Below are positions 1 through 8,093 of a stretch of 64,000 nt of DNA, piece after piece (within the stretch, counting starts at the first letter, position 1; every line of letters starts with the position of its first letter). Made by a program: the position numbers and the translations under genes. Source of the DNA: Patescibacteria group bacterium (GTDB lineage: Bacteria; Patescibacteriota; Patescibacteriia; SG8-24); contig JBAYFM010000008.1 in the NCBI GenBank assembly GCA_041667185.1, positions 1,714-65,713 of the forward strand, given 5' to 3'. The notes below the pieces were generated by a model that saw only the letters and a program-made list of their open reading frames with translations, made no database searches and was not told the origin of the DNA.

Positions 1-3
1 TTC

Positions 4-543
4 ATGGCCGAGGATCCGGAGAAGCTGGCCGAGGTCGTGGAGCGGCGCGAACAGTCGATCTCCGAGCTGCGCCGCCAGCTGGCCGAGGGTCTGCCGGAAC
101 TCCGATCCATGTACGTGCATGGCGGCATGAAACCGGTGGCCAAGTATTACGAGGGGGCCAAGGGCGTGAACATCATCCTGCGTGACGTGCTGCAGACCAT
201 GTCCGAACAGTCGGACAAGCTGTATCGGGTCTACTCGTCGCTCTCGCTCCGCGAATTCCTTTACAAGGATTTTCCCCAGTTCACCAAGGAGCGCATCGCG
301 CGGCAGCTGCGCGTCCGCGTCATCGCCATCGGTCCAGGCGGCGAAGAGCAGCCGTTGGCCGAGCGGCGCTGGTTGTCCGTGAAAGAGGGCGCGCCGACGT
401 ATTCCATCATCTTCGGCGATAAGGTGGCTTTCTTTTCCCGCGGCCAGAACGACCTGCCGCACGGCGTGATCATCGAGGATGCGAACCTCGCGGTCACGGA
501 ACGTCTGATTTTCGATCATCTTTGGGATTCTCTTCCCGCCTGA
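4..543 (+). CDS. TrmB-like transcriptional regulator, C-terminal portion (5' end outside window)
   Basis: ORF runs off the window start. Its C-terminal region (KPVAKYYEGAKGVNIILRDVL ... IIFGDKVAFFS) parallels the C-terminal sugar-binding-like half of the complete TrmB-family ORF at 4747-5487. Protein-like composition. Confidence 0.45.
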   Translation: MAEDPEKLAEVVERREQSISELRRQLAEGLPELRSMYVHGGMKPVAKYYEGAKGVNIILRDVLQTMSEQSDKLYRVYSSLSLREFLYKDFPQFTKERIARQLRVRVIAIGPGGEEQPLAERRWLSVKEGAPTYSIIFGDKVAFFSRGQNDLPHGVIIEDANLAVTERLIFDHLWDSLPA

Positions 544-548
544 CCTAT

Positions 549-1532
549 ATGAAATCCATCGTGACCATCGGCGGCGGCACCGGACAATTCACCCTGCTCA
601 CCGGCCTCAAAAAATATCCCGTTCATCTCACGGCCATTGTTTCCATGGCGGACGACGGCGGGTCCACCGGCGCCTTGCGCGACGAACTCGGCGTTCTGCC
701 GCCCGGCGACATCCGGCAGTGCCTCGTGGCGCTCTCCGAATCCGGCGTCATCATGCGCGACTTGTTCAATTACCGTTTCGACCAGGGCGCGATCAAGGGG
801 CATAATTTCGGCAATCTGTTCCTGTCGGCGCTCGAAAAGATCACCGGCAGCTTCGAGGAGGCGGTCCGGGTGGCGGGCCTCGTGCTCGCGGTCCGCGGCG
901 AGGTCATCCCGGTGACGACTAGGAACGTCAACCTGGTCTGCGGCGGCGGGCCGAGCCGGGTCTGCGGCGAGGACGCGATCAATTCCATCGCCGTCGAAGA
1001 CAAACAGACGCTGCGTCTCGAACCCGAGGCTTATGCCAATCCCAAAGCCGCGAGCGCCATCGAATCGGCCGATTGTATCGTCATCGGTCCGGGCAATCTC
1101 TACTGCAGCATCGTGCCGAATCTGCTCGTCAAAGGCATCCCCGAGGCGATCCGCCGGTCGCCGGCGGTCGTGGTCTATAACTGTAATCTGATGAACAAGG
1201 CTGGACATACCGACGGCTACACGGTCGGCGATCACGTCGCCGAAGTGGAGCGGTTCATCGGCAAGGGGCGGGTCAACTTCGTGACTTTCAATAATCGGAT
1301 GCCGGAACCGCATCTCCTGGATCGTTATGGCGAGGAGGGCAAGTCGCTCGTGGCCGTCGCCAGTGATGATGAGGATTTTTCCGAGGTGGCCTTCCGACCC
1401 CTGCCGGCCGATCTCATCAGTTCGCGCATCTATGCCCAGAAACCCGGCGATCCGCTCCAGCGGACGCTCATCCGGCATGACCCGGATGTTCTGGCCGCGG
1501 TCATCATCCAGAATTGTCTGGGCGGGATCTAG
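549..1532 (+). CDS. YvcK/CofD-like gluconeogenesis factor family protein (UPF0052)
   Basis: N-terminus MKSIVTIGGGTGQF...LTAIVSMADDGGSTG matches the YvcK/2-phospho-L-lactate-transferase-like family signature. Start taken at the internal ATG at 549, in frame with ORF 522-1532. Confidence 0.8.
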   Translation: MKSIVTIGGGTGQFTLLTGLKKYPVHLTAIVSMADDGGSTGALRDELGVLPPGDIRQCLVALSESGVIMRDLFNYRFDQGAIKGHNFGNLFLSALEKITGSFEEAVRVAGLVLAVRGEVIPVTTRNVNLVCGGGPSRVCGEDAINSIAVEDKQTLRLEPEAYANPKAASAIESADCIVIGPGNLYCSIVPNLLVKGIPEAIRRSPAVVVYNCNLMNKAGHTDGYTVGDHVAEVERFIGKGRVNFVTFNNRMPEPHLLDRYGEEGKSLVAVASDDEDFSEVAFRPLPADLISSRIYAQKPGDPLQRTLIRHDPDVLAAVIIQNCLGGI

Positions 1533-1595
1533 CATTTAGCCGATAGCCGTTAGCTATTGGCCATTAGCTGTCGGCCGTTGTACACTTTTTGCGTT

Positions 1596-2339
1596 ATGAA
1601 AATAGTGTTTGATCTCGACTATACCCTGCTCGATACCGCGAAATTCAAGGAGGCCTTGGCCGAGGCTTATACCTCCCAGGGCGTGAGCCGCGAGCGGTAC
1701 GAGGAAACTTATCGAGCCGTCGTCAAACGCGAGGGCAAGGTTTACGATTACGATCCCGAGGTGCAATTAAAGATGCTCGGCGCTGATCTTGGCGGACCGG
1801 AGGCTGTCGCCGAGGTCCGACGCCGGATCGGCGACGTGCTGGCTTCGACGGAAAAATATCTGTATCCCGGATCGCGGGAACTGCTGGCCGAACTCCGGCG
1901 GCATGGCGGCAAGCTGGCGCTCATGACGCTCGGCAACGAGAAGTGGCAGCGCGCCAAGATCGAGCACTCCGGCCTCGCCGACCTGTTTGACGAGGTGGTG
2001 GCGACGGAAGACAAGAAAGTCGGCGTCGTGCGGTCGCTCGCCGAGGGCGGCGAACCGGTCATCGTCGTGAACGACAATGGCGCGGAGATGCGGGAGATGA
2101 TGGCGGTCGCTCCGGAATTCAAGTACGTCCTCAAATGCGGGCCGAAGTCCGTGCCGGAGGATCTGAAATTGCCGGAGGGCAAGGATATCGCCGGAGTAGC
2201 TTCCGCACTTGCCGCCGAGACCGGCTGGGAGATCGATCTGGAGCGCCGGGCCGAGAATACGCCGGAGAGCGCCGAAGAGTTCGGTGTCCCGGGCGACGGC
2301 GAGGTTTCGGCCGAGCGGCGGAGCGTGATCAAATTTTAG
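1596..2339 (+). CDS. HAD superfamily hydrolase
   Basis: Motif I FDLDYTLLDT (DxDxT) sits directly after the internal Met (MKIVFDLDYT). Acidic C-terminal tail. Confidence 0.7.
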   Translation: MKIVFDLDYTLLDTAKFKEALAEAYTSQGVSRERYEETYRAVVKREGKVYDYDPEVQLKMLGADLGGPEAVAEVRRRIGDVLASTEKYLYPGSRELLAELRRHGGKLALMTLGNEKWQRAKIEHSGLADLFDEVVATEDKKVGVVRSLAEGGEPVIVVNDNGAEMREMMAVAPEFKYVLKCGPKSVPEDLKLPEGKDIAGVASALAAETGWEIDLERRAENTPESAEEFGVPGDGEVSAERRSVIKF

Positions 2340-2349
2340 AATGCAGCAG

Positions 2350-2502
2350 GCGTTACATAGCTGATCTCCACCCCGCAAAGCGGCTGCGCCGCTCGCGGGA
2401 TGTCGATGTTTTATGAGATATATTGCGGATCTCCACCCCGCAAAGCGGCTGCGCCGCTCACGGGGTTCCGGTATCTTATGCGTTACATAGCGGATCTCCA
2501 CA
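2350..2502 (+). repeat. tandem triplicated ~65-bp unit covering the 5' end of the EndoQ-like gene
   Basis: 37-nt core GATCTCCACCCCGCAAAGCGGCTGCGCCGCTCGCGGG at 2363-2399 and 2428-2464 (36/37 identical; palindromic GCGGCTGCGCCGC). A third degenerate copy at 2493 is part of the CDS (codons for DLHIHS). GCGTTACATAGC[T/G]GATCTCCAC occurs at 2350 and 2480. Period 65 bp; the 28-nt intervening segments are about 64% identical to each other. Confidence 0.7.
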
Positions 2503-3785
2503 TTCATTCGAAATATTCCCGCGCTTGCTCGCGGAATTTGACGTTCTCGAATTTGGCTGCCTGGGGTTCGGCCAAAGGCATCGATATCCTGGCCACCGCC
2601 GATTTCACGCATCCGAAATGGCTCGCGGAGATCGAGGAAAAATTGGAACCGGCCGAGGAAGGCTTGTTCAGGATTAAGGCTAAATATGCGGCGGAAGACG
2701 GCGATTCGGCGTATGAGGCCGCTCCGCGCGCCTTGGCCGGCCGGCCGGTCAGGTTTTTCCTGTCGACCGAGGTCGCCTGCATCTATAAACAGGGCGGCCG
2801 GACGCGACGGCTGCACCTGGTTCTGTGTTGTCCGGATCTGGCCGCGGTCAAAAAACTGAACGCCAAGCTGGAAGCGCTGGAATGCAATCTCAGGTCCGAC
2901 GGCCGTCCGATCCTGGGACTCTCGGCCAAGGAACTTCTGAAAATTTTATTGGAAGCCGACCCGCGGAGCCTGATGATCCCGGCGCATGCCTGGACGCCAT
3001 GGTTCTCGGTCTTCGGTTCGCAGTCCGGGTTCGATTCGCTCGAGGAATGTTTCGAAGAACTGACGCCGGAGATCCACGCCGTCGAGACCGGCCTGTCGTC
3101 CGATCCGCCGATGAATTGGCGGCTCTCGAAATTGGATGGCGTCATGCTGGTCTCCAATTCCGACGCCCACGGTTTCAAGAATCTGGGTCGCGAGGCCAAT
3201 GTCTTTGACTTGTCCGCGCCGAGCTATCGGGCGATCGCCGATATTTTTCGCCAGCGCGACCGCAAGAAATTCCTCCACACCATCGAGTTCTTTCCAGAAG
3301 AGGGGAAATATCATGTCGACGGCCATCGGGCCTGCGATTTTTTCTGCGAGCCGGCGGAAACGCGGAAGCGCAAGGGTCTGTGTCCGAAGTGCGGTAAGGA
3401 ATTGACGCGCGGCGTTCTGGGCCGGGTCGAAGTCCTGGCCGACCGTCCGGACGGCGTCAGGCCGGCATCCGCCGTTGATTTTCGGCGCATCGTGCCGCTC
3501 GAAGAAGTCGTCGCCAGCGTGCTGGACAAAGGCAAGGGGACCAAAGCCGTGATCGCGCTGTGGCGCAAACTCGTCTCCGAGATCGGACCGGAATTCGACG
3601 TGTTGCTTGATGCTGATCTTAAGACCATCGAACGGGTCGGCGGCGCCAGAGTGGCCGAGGCCATGCAGCGAATGCGCCGGGGCGAGCTGGTCATCCGTCC
3701 GGGTTACGACGGCGTCTTCGGCGAGGTCAGAATCTTCGAGGATCAGAAGACCGGGTCGAACCAGCAGAGCAGGTTGTTGATCTGA
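2478..3785 (+). CDS. PHP-domain nuclease, endonuclease Q (EndoQ)-like, with C-terminal zinc ribbon
   Basis: N-terminal MRYIADLHIHSKYSRACS is a PHP-domain metal-binding motif, as in EndoQ. CPKCGKELTRG zinc ribbon near the C-terminus. Start chosen at M27 of ORF 2400-3785 (ATG 2478). Confidence 0.6.
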   Translation: MRYIADLHIHSKYSRACSRNLTFSNLAAWGSAKGIDILATADFTHPKWLAEIEEKLEPAEEGLFRIKAKYAAEDGDSAYEAAPRALAGRPVRFFLSTEVACIYKQGGRTRRLHLVLCCPDLAAVKKLNAKLEALECNLRSDGRPILGLSAKELLKILLEADPRSLMIPAHAWTPWFSVFGSQSGFDSLEECFEELTPEIHAVETGLSSDPPMNWRLSKLDGVMLVSNSDAHGFKNLGREANVFDLSAPSYRAIADIFRQRDRKKFLHTIEFFPEEGKYHVDGHRACDFFCEPAETRKRKGLCPKCGKELTRGVLGRVEVLADRPDGVRPASAVDFRRIVPLEEVVASVLDKGKGTKAVIALWRKLVSEIGPEFDVLLDADLKTIERVGGARVAEAMQRMRRGELVIRPGYDGVFGEVRIFEDQKTGSNQQSRLLI

Positions 3786-3804
3786 CGATCCGGACAAACG
3801 AAAA

Positions 3805-3842
3805 CGTCCGCATCTTTTTGTGCGGACGCCTTCGTATTTTTG
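3805..3842 (+). terminator. rho-independent terminator after EndoQ-like gene
   Basis: CGTCCGCATCTTTTTGTGCGGACG hairpin followed by CCTTCGTATTTTT. Confidence 0.6.
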
Positions 3843-4096
3843 AGAAAAGAGCAGCGTATTTTTGCTCTTGGCCGTCCTCCTCATTTAACCGCCCGATTTT
3901 GGCGGCTTCATGGCGGCCCGTCTATTCTCAATGATTTTGGAGCCCGAGGGGTCCTCCTCTCCGCCTTCGGGTTTATTCCAGCCTTGCGGCCAGGGCTCTA
4001 CTTTCAAGATAGCACGGGTTCTCATACCCGGCGCAAGTACCCTGTCAAGCCCCAGTTAAAATTTGTCGACCGGGTGTCGTAAAATCGGATGTCAAC

Positions 4097-4127
4097 AAAA
4101 AAAACCGCGCTCTCGGGCGCGGCGGTA
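4097..4127 (-). terminator. rho-independent terminator for minus-strand small gene
   Basis: On the minus strand: CCGCGCCCGAGAGCGCGG hairpin followed by TTTTTTTT (complement of A-run 4097-4106). Confidence 0.65.
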
Positions 4128-4161
4128 TCGTTGCTGCTGACGGATTTTTTTTGGGCGGTGA

Positions 4162-4347
4162 TCAAGGTCGGTATCCCTTGATGAATTTGACCGCTCTTTT
4201 TCCGAGCTCATCGCTGGCGTCGCCATAGAGGATCTCGATAACCTCGACATCGCCGCCGGTCTGCGGACCCTTGTTCGAGATGCGGATATGATAGGCGCCC
4301 TTCTTGTCGCGGACGATGGTCGCTGAGTATTGTTTGTTGTTGGCCAT
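4162..4347 (-). CDS. small hypothetical protein (61 aa)
   Basis: MANNKQYSATIVRDKKGAYHIRISNKGPQTGGDVEVIEILYGD... Start at internal Met, with GGGAG SD-like motif 7 nt upstream (CCCGGGAGTTGTTCC ATG). Flanked by a terminator. Confidence 0.5.
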   Translation of the reverse strand: MANNKQYSATIVRDKKGAYHIRISNKGPQTGGDVEVIEILYGDASDELGKRAVKFIKGYRP

Positions 4348-4746
4348 GGAACAACTCCCGGGTTGAAGGAACAATAGATTCATCTTCGGCTTCCTGACGG
4401 CAAAAGTCAAAATTTGCCAAGTTAAGGCGGATACGCCATGGACAGCACTGTAAAATAAACTGGCGGGTGGTGAAAAAACGTCCAGTGCCGGGTTGACAAA
4501 TCGGCCTCGTTGTGTTATATTTCTTCGTTACATCGCGCGTCATTCCAGCAGAGGAACTCAGACCAGATACGGACGGGAGGTGTTCTATGGGTGGAGGTTG
4601 AGAAATAAAAACGACAAGTTCTTTTCCCAGGCATCTTGTTTCCACTCACAGCGGGTGGCCGAAAACGAAAAGGGCGCGTCCTTTCCGTAAGGCCGCCTCT
4701 TTTTTTACCAAAAAACCGGCCAGTGGCCGGTCTTTTGATATCGAAG

Positions 4747-5487
4747 TCAGTGTTTGCCGCCGAGTCCCTGGAAAGCGTATTCGAACAGGATCCAGAGCGC
4801 CCGGGCGAGAGGTTTGCTGTCCACGATGACCGAGTACATCTTGCCTTCGAACGTCACGAGCACGATTCGGTTGCCGTAGATGCCGATGTTGGCTTTGAAG
4901 CCGCCTTTTTCCAAAGGTAGGTATTTCCGGTCGGACTGCACGATATTGCCCGTGGCTTTGCCGGCGTAAATGCCGCGCACCCGGCGGCCGCGGTGTTTGA
5001 GGTTCAGCCGCATCTCTTTCAGGTCTTCGGCGGTCAGGACTTTGTATAAAGCCTCCAGGTCGGAGATTTCGTAGGATTCTTTGGCCGCCGAACCCTGGAT
5101 ATCTTCGATGATCGACTTCAGCCCTTCTTTGCCCTCAAACACTTTCACGATCGGTTTTTCACCGCCGGCCTGGAGTTCGAGATCCGGCAGCAGGCGTTCC
5201 AGGTCCGCGATCTTGTCTTTGATTTCGGCTTCGTGTCGCTTGGCGTAAGACAGGAGTTTGCCCGGCTCTTCGGAAGCGTAGAACCGTTTTTTACCGCGCA
5301 GAAAACTGGACATCAGACCGCGCTCGGTGAGCGAGTCGATGGCCAGATAGATGGCCTGGCGGGAGAGTTTGGCGTGTTTGGCCAGGTCGAGAGCCGGACT
5401 TGGGCCGCGTTCCAGCGCCGCCAAGTAGGTCTTGATCTCGGAATCGAGAAGGCCGAGGGAGCGCAGAATTGGTGAGGCGTCTTTCAT
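4747..5487 (-). CDS. TrmB family transcriptional regulator
   Basis: N-terminal winged-helix region (LGLLDSEIKTYLAALERGPSPALDLAKHAKLSRQAIYLAIDSLTERGLM) and coiled linker typical of TrmB-type regulators. Complete ORF. Confidence 0.75.
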   Translation of the reverse strand: MKDASPILRSLGLLDSEIKTYLAALERGPSPALDLAKHAKLSRQAIYLAIDSLTERGLMSSFLRGKKRFYASEEPGKLLSYAKRHEAEIKDKIADLERLLPDLELQAGGEKPIVKVFEGKEGLKSIIEDIQGSAAKESYEISDLEALYKVLTAEDLKEMRLNLKHRGRRVRGIYAGKATGNIVQSDRKYLPLEKGGFKANIGIYGNRIVLVTFEGKMYSVIVDSKPLARALWILFEYAFQGLGGKH

Positions 5488-5501
5488 AGTCAGCGCGGCT
5501 G

Positions 5502-6887
5502 TTAGAGGCTCTTGGTGAAGTCGAGGAGCAGATTGCGCTCGGGCGGCGGCAAGGAGGAAGCTTTTTTCTCGATGAAATCTTTGATGTCCTGGGCGGTGAT
5601 GAGCTCCTTGTTTATGAGTTCGATGGCGACGGCCGCGAAGTTCTCGGCGCGGTTGCTCGTCAGGTTCGGGGTTGCGGCGTAAACCCGGTCAAGATCAACC
5701 GCGGATCCGGGTTGGAAGCGGTTGGTGAATTCCAGCCATTTAGCATTTTTGCTTTTTATGAGGCGGCCGTGGAATTCGCGGATATCTTTATTGACCTTGG
5801 CGTGTCGGGTCTCGAAAGCGTTCATTTTTTCGAGCGTACGGACGACCGCGTGGTCATCGGGGTAGCGCTTCGTTCCCTCGACCAGCAGGTCGTCGGAATA
5901 TTCCTGGTCGAATTCCACGGCGTTGCCGTAGTCGATGATGAAGACTTTGGGTCGTTCGGACGCGGAGCCGGCCGGCGGCTGTTCGATCCCGCCCCGGATT
6001 AGGAAATTGCGGTGGTGGGCGTCGCGGTAGGCGAGACCGTTCTGATGGAACAGGTCCATGGTGTTCTTGATCTGCGTGATGATCGCCGAGTCGACTCGGA
6101 AGCCGGATTCGCCCAGGAAACGGAAGATCTTCTCCGAGTTCTCGCTGAAGACCTTGGTCTCTTCGAAGTCGCGCGCGGCCGGATCTTTGGCCTTACCGCC
6201 GGGTGCGTTGAATTGTAGGATCTCGCTCACGGTCTGCATCAGGTCTTCGAAGCGCATGGAGTCGACATCGGCTGCGAGGTGGATGGTCTTCGGATGGCGC
6301 CTGATGATCTCTTTATACAGTCCGATCGCGAGATCGTCGCCTTTGATCAGGTCCATCATGAACAGTTCGACGCGATCCGTCGGCAGATCCTCCTTGGTCA
6401 GGTTGCGCAGGCGGTCCCGGACCGATTTTTTGGTGATCGGCAGGTCGCGGTATAAGTAAGCGCGCGGCACGCTGGCATAGTCTGGATCGTCAGCCTTCAG
6501 TTCGGCGATCTCACGGGCGCGGCACTGAAGGTCGTACTCGCGCTTGCCGACGCCGCCATGGTAGATCTTGATGATCTTGGTGGCCTGGTCCGGTCCCAGG
6601 ATGATGTCGCAAGCCTTGAGTTCTTCGAAGATCTCCGTAGGCAGCTCGTTTTCGTCGAATTTCAGGATGACGCCATTATTGCCCTCGCCAAGTTTGACCA
6701 GGTGCAGTTCGAGCAGGTCTTCGAGCGCCGCGTCGATCCGTCTTTCTTTTTCCGGCGTAGCTTCGGTCTCCAGACCGGTTTTATCGGCGGTTTCGGAGGC
6801 AGCTTCCGGCATGGCCGGACACTCGTTCTCGTGTCTGCCGACGCCGCCGCAATAACGGCATTTTTCCATATATTTTTTATTCAGCAC
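5502..6887 (-). CDS. protein-kinase-like fold protein with N-terminal zinc finger (hypothetical)
   Basis: CRYCGGVGRHENEC zinc knuckle at the N-terminus. C-terminal half has a catalytic-loop-like AYRDAHHRNFLIRG and a DFG-like VFIIDYGNA, consistent with a eukaryotic-like/RIO/Kdo-type kinase fold. Confidence 0.55.
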   Translation of the reverse strand: MLNKKYMEKCRYCGGVGRHENECPAMPEAASETADKTGLETEATPEKERRIDAALEDLLELHLVKLGEGNNGVILKFDENELPTEIFEELKACDIILGPDQATKIIKIYHGGVGKREYDLQCRAREIAELKADDPDYASVPRAYLYRDLPITKKSVRDRLRNLTKEDLPTDRVELFMMDLIKGDDLAIGLYKEIIRRHPKTIHLAADVDSMRFEDLMQTVSEILQFNAPGGKAKDPAARDFEETKVFSENSEKIFRFLGESGFRVDSAIITQIKNTMDLFHQNGLAYRDAHHRNFLIRGGIEQPPAGSASERPKVFIIDYGNAVEFDQEYSDDLLVEGTKRYPDDHAVVRTLEKMNAFETRHAKVNKDIREFHGRLIKSKNAKWLEFTNRFQPGSAVDLDRVYAATPNLTSNRAENFAAVAIELINKELITAQDIKDFIEKKASSLPPPERNLLLDFTKSL

Positions 6888-6988
6888 GGGTAATTCATGT
6901 TTGATACTTAAAATTTTACCATATTTTAGGTCAAAAATCCATATTGACCGGCCTTGGAGCTAAAGGTATCCTAAGCGTTGGATGATTC

Positions 6989-7416
6989 GGTTTGACGGGT
7001 ACATTCAGTACAAATAAAATGGACGAAATACTTGATCATTTTGGCGGACCCTTGGGCTCTTAGCTTAATGGGAAGCCGCGGTTGTGCGGCTTGCGCCGAG
7101 AGGTGGCGGCCTTAGCCGCGCATCTGTAGTGTTCAGTCGCTAGCGCGACTAAACTGCGTCATAGAGCACCCGGTTTGACGAGAACATTCAGAATAAATAA
7201 AACGAACGAGATCCTCGATAATTCTGGTGGACCTGGGCCTGTAGCTTAACGGGAAGCCGTGGTTGTGCGGCTTGCGCCGAGAGGTGGCGGCCTTAGCCGC
7301 GCATTCGTAGTGTTCAGTCGCTGGCGCGACTGAACCGCGTCGTAGAGCAGCCGTTTTGACGAGCACTTTCAGAAACTATAAAAGGACGAGATACTTGATC
7401 ATTTTGGCGGACCCTT
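6989..7416 (+). repeat. two tandem ~182-bp units, each carrying a 5' leader plus a tRNA-Ala 5' fragment interrupted by a 91-nt GC-rich hairpin insert (family-1 element)
   Basis: Units start at GGTTTGACG at 6989, 7172 and 7353. tRNA-Ala 5' fragment GGGCTCTTAGCTTAATGG at 7054-7071 (diverged copy 7235-7252). Inserts at 7072-7162 and 7253-7343 (GGAAGCCGCGGTTGTGCGGCTTGCGCCGAGAGGTGGCGGCCTTAGCCGCG...AGTCGCTAGCGCGACT...). The tRNA sequence then resumes with AGAGCACCCGGTTTG (7163-7177) and breaks in the anticodon loop. Confidence 0.85.
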
Positions 7417-7490
7417 GGGCTCTTAGCTTAATGGCAGAGCACCCGGTTTGCATCCGGGAGACGTGGGTTCGATTCCCACAGGGTCCACCA
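7417..7490 (+). tRNA. tRNA-Ala (anticodon UGC)
   Basis: Acceptor GGGCUCU/AGGGUCC with G3:U70. Anticodon loop UUUGCAU, T-loop UUCGAUU, encoded CCA. Cloverleaf folded by hand. Confidence 0.9.
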
Positions 7491-7492
7491 AA

Positions 7493-7987
7493 ATGATGAA
7501 GTGCATTATCAAGATCATGAATCCAAAGTCCAAAAAACTGACCTTCGATCTCCGCTCGACCTATCTCGCGGTCATCAGGAACAGCGTCGGAACCAAAATG
7601 TTCCGCAATTCCTGTGGACGCGCAGCCGGCCGAGCTGTTGATCTGACCCGGGGCGGGCGCTTGTCCTGCGCATTTTTCGTCACTTCGGTCCTGCGTATTT
7701 TCGGATTGATCAAAGAACAGCACACGACCGTTGGTGGCGCGGTCCGGGACCTGGAACAGAGCGGCTGGCGGCCAGTGAAGACGGCGCGGCCGGGCGACAT
7801 CCTGGTCTGGGAAGCGGTCGTCGGCCAGGACGGCAATCATGAACATATCGGATTTTTGATCGCGCCCGGCGTCGCGGTCAGCAACAGCACTCGCGCGCGC
7901 CTGCCGGCCGAACATCATTGGACCTACGGCGTCCGCGCCGGCAAGCCGGTCCGGCGCGTCATGACGATCTACCGCTGGAACTTCTAG
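7493..7987 (+). CDS. hypothetical protein (possible NlpC/P60- or CHAP-like Cys/His fold)
   Basis: Start MMKCIIKIMNPKSKK directly after the tRNA. Contains a ...NSCGRAAGRA... Cys and a later NHEHIGFL His arrangement. The antisense ORF 7376-8005 overlaps the tRNA and is rejected. Confidence 0.4.
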   Translation: MMKCIIKIMNPKSKKLTFDLRSTYLAVIRNSVGTKMFRNSCGRAAGRAVDLTRGGRLSCAFFVTSVLRIFGLIKEQHTTVGGAVRDLEQSGWRPVKTARPGDILVWEAVVGQDGNHEHIGFLIAPGVAVSNSTRARLPAEHHWTYGVRAGKPVRRVMTIYRWNF

Positions 7988-8002
7988 ACCGAGATCAAAA
8001 AA

Positions 8003-8036
8003 CACGCCCGATCAGGCGTGTTTTTGGGGACTGTCC
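8003..8036. terminator. bidirectional rho-independent terminator
   Basis: AAAAAACACGCCCGATCAGGCGTGTTTTT: hairpin flanked by an A-run and a T-run. Serves both the + gene ending at 7987 and the - gene ending at 8094. Confidence 0.65.
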
Positions 8037-8093
8037 CGGGGTGGAAATGGCGGCGCTAAAATAAGCCATTTTTTTGTTGATGTGCGTCCCCGC

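Noticed and set aside
2363-2502. Possible mini CRISPR array (37-nt palindromic repeats, 28-nt spacers, 65-bp period)
   Set aside because: Only two full repeats, and the third is part of the downstream CDS. The spacers are about 64% identical to each other and the unit also duplicates the gene start (GCGTTACATAGC). This behaves as a diverged tandem duplication, not a spacer array. No cas genes nearby.
516-3884. Long minus-strand ORFs (516-1535, 1767-2816, 2946-3884) opposite the yvcK-like, HAD and EndoQ-like genes
   Set aside because: Antisense artefacts of high-GC coding DNA. The + strand ORFs carry recognisable motifs (YvcK, DxDxT, PHP).
3840-4082. 80-aa + ORF in the non-coding interval
   Set aside because: No SD, odd composition, and it lies between two convergent terminators. 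Treated as a possible ncRNA region instead.
7133-8005. ORFs 7133-7366 (-) and 7376-8005 (-) spanning the tRNA-Ala repeat units and the tRNA itself
   Set aside because: They run through structured repeat/tRNA sequence on the antisense strand. Not credible coding.
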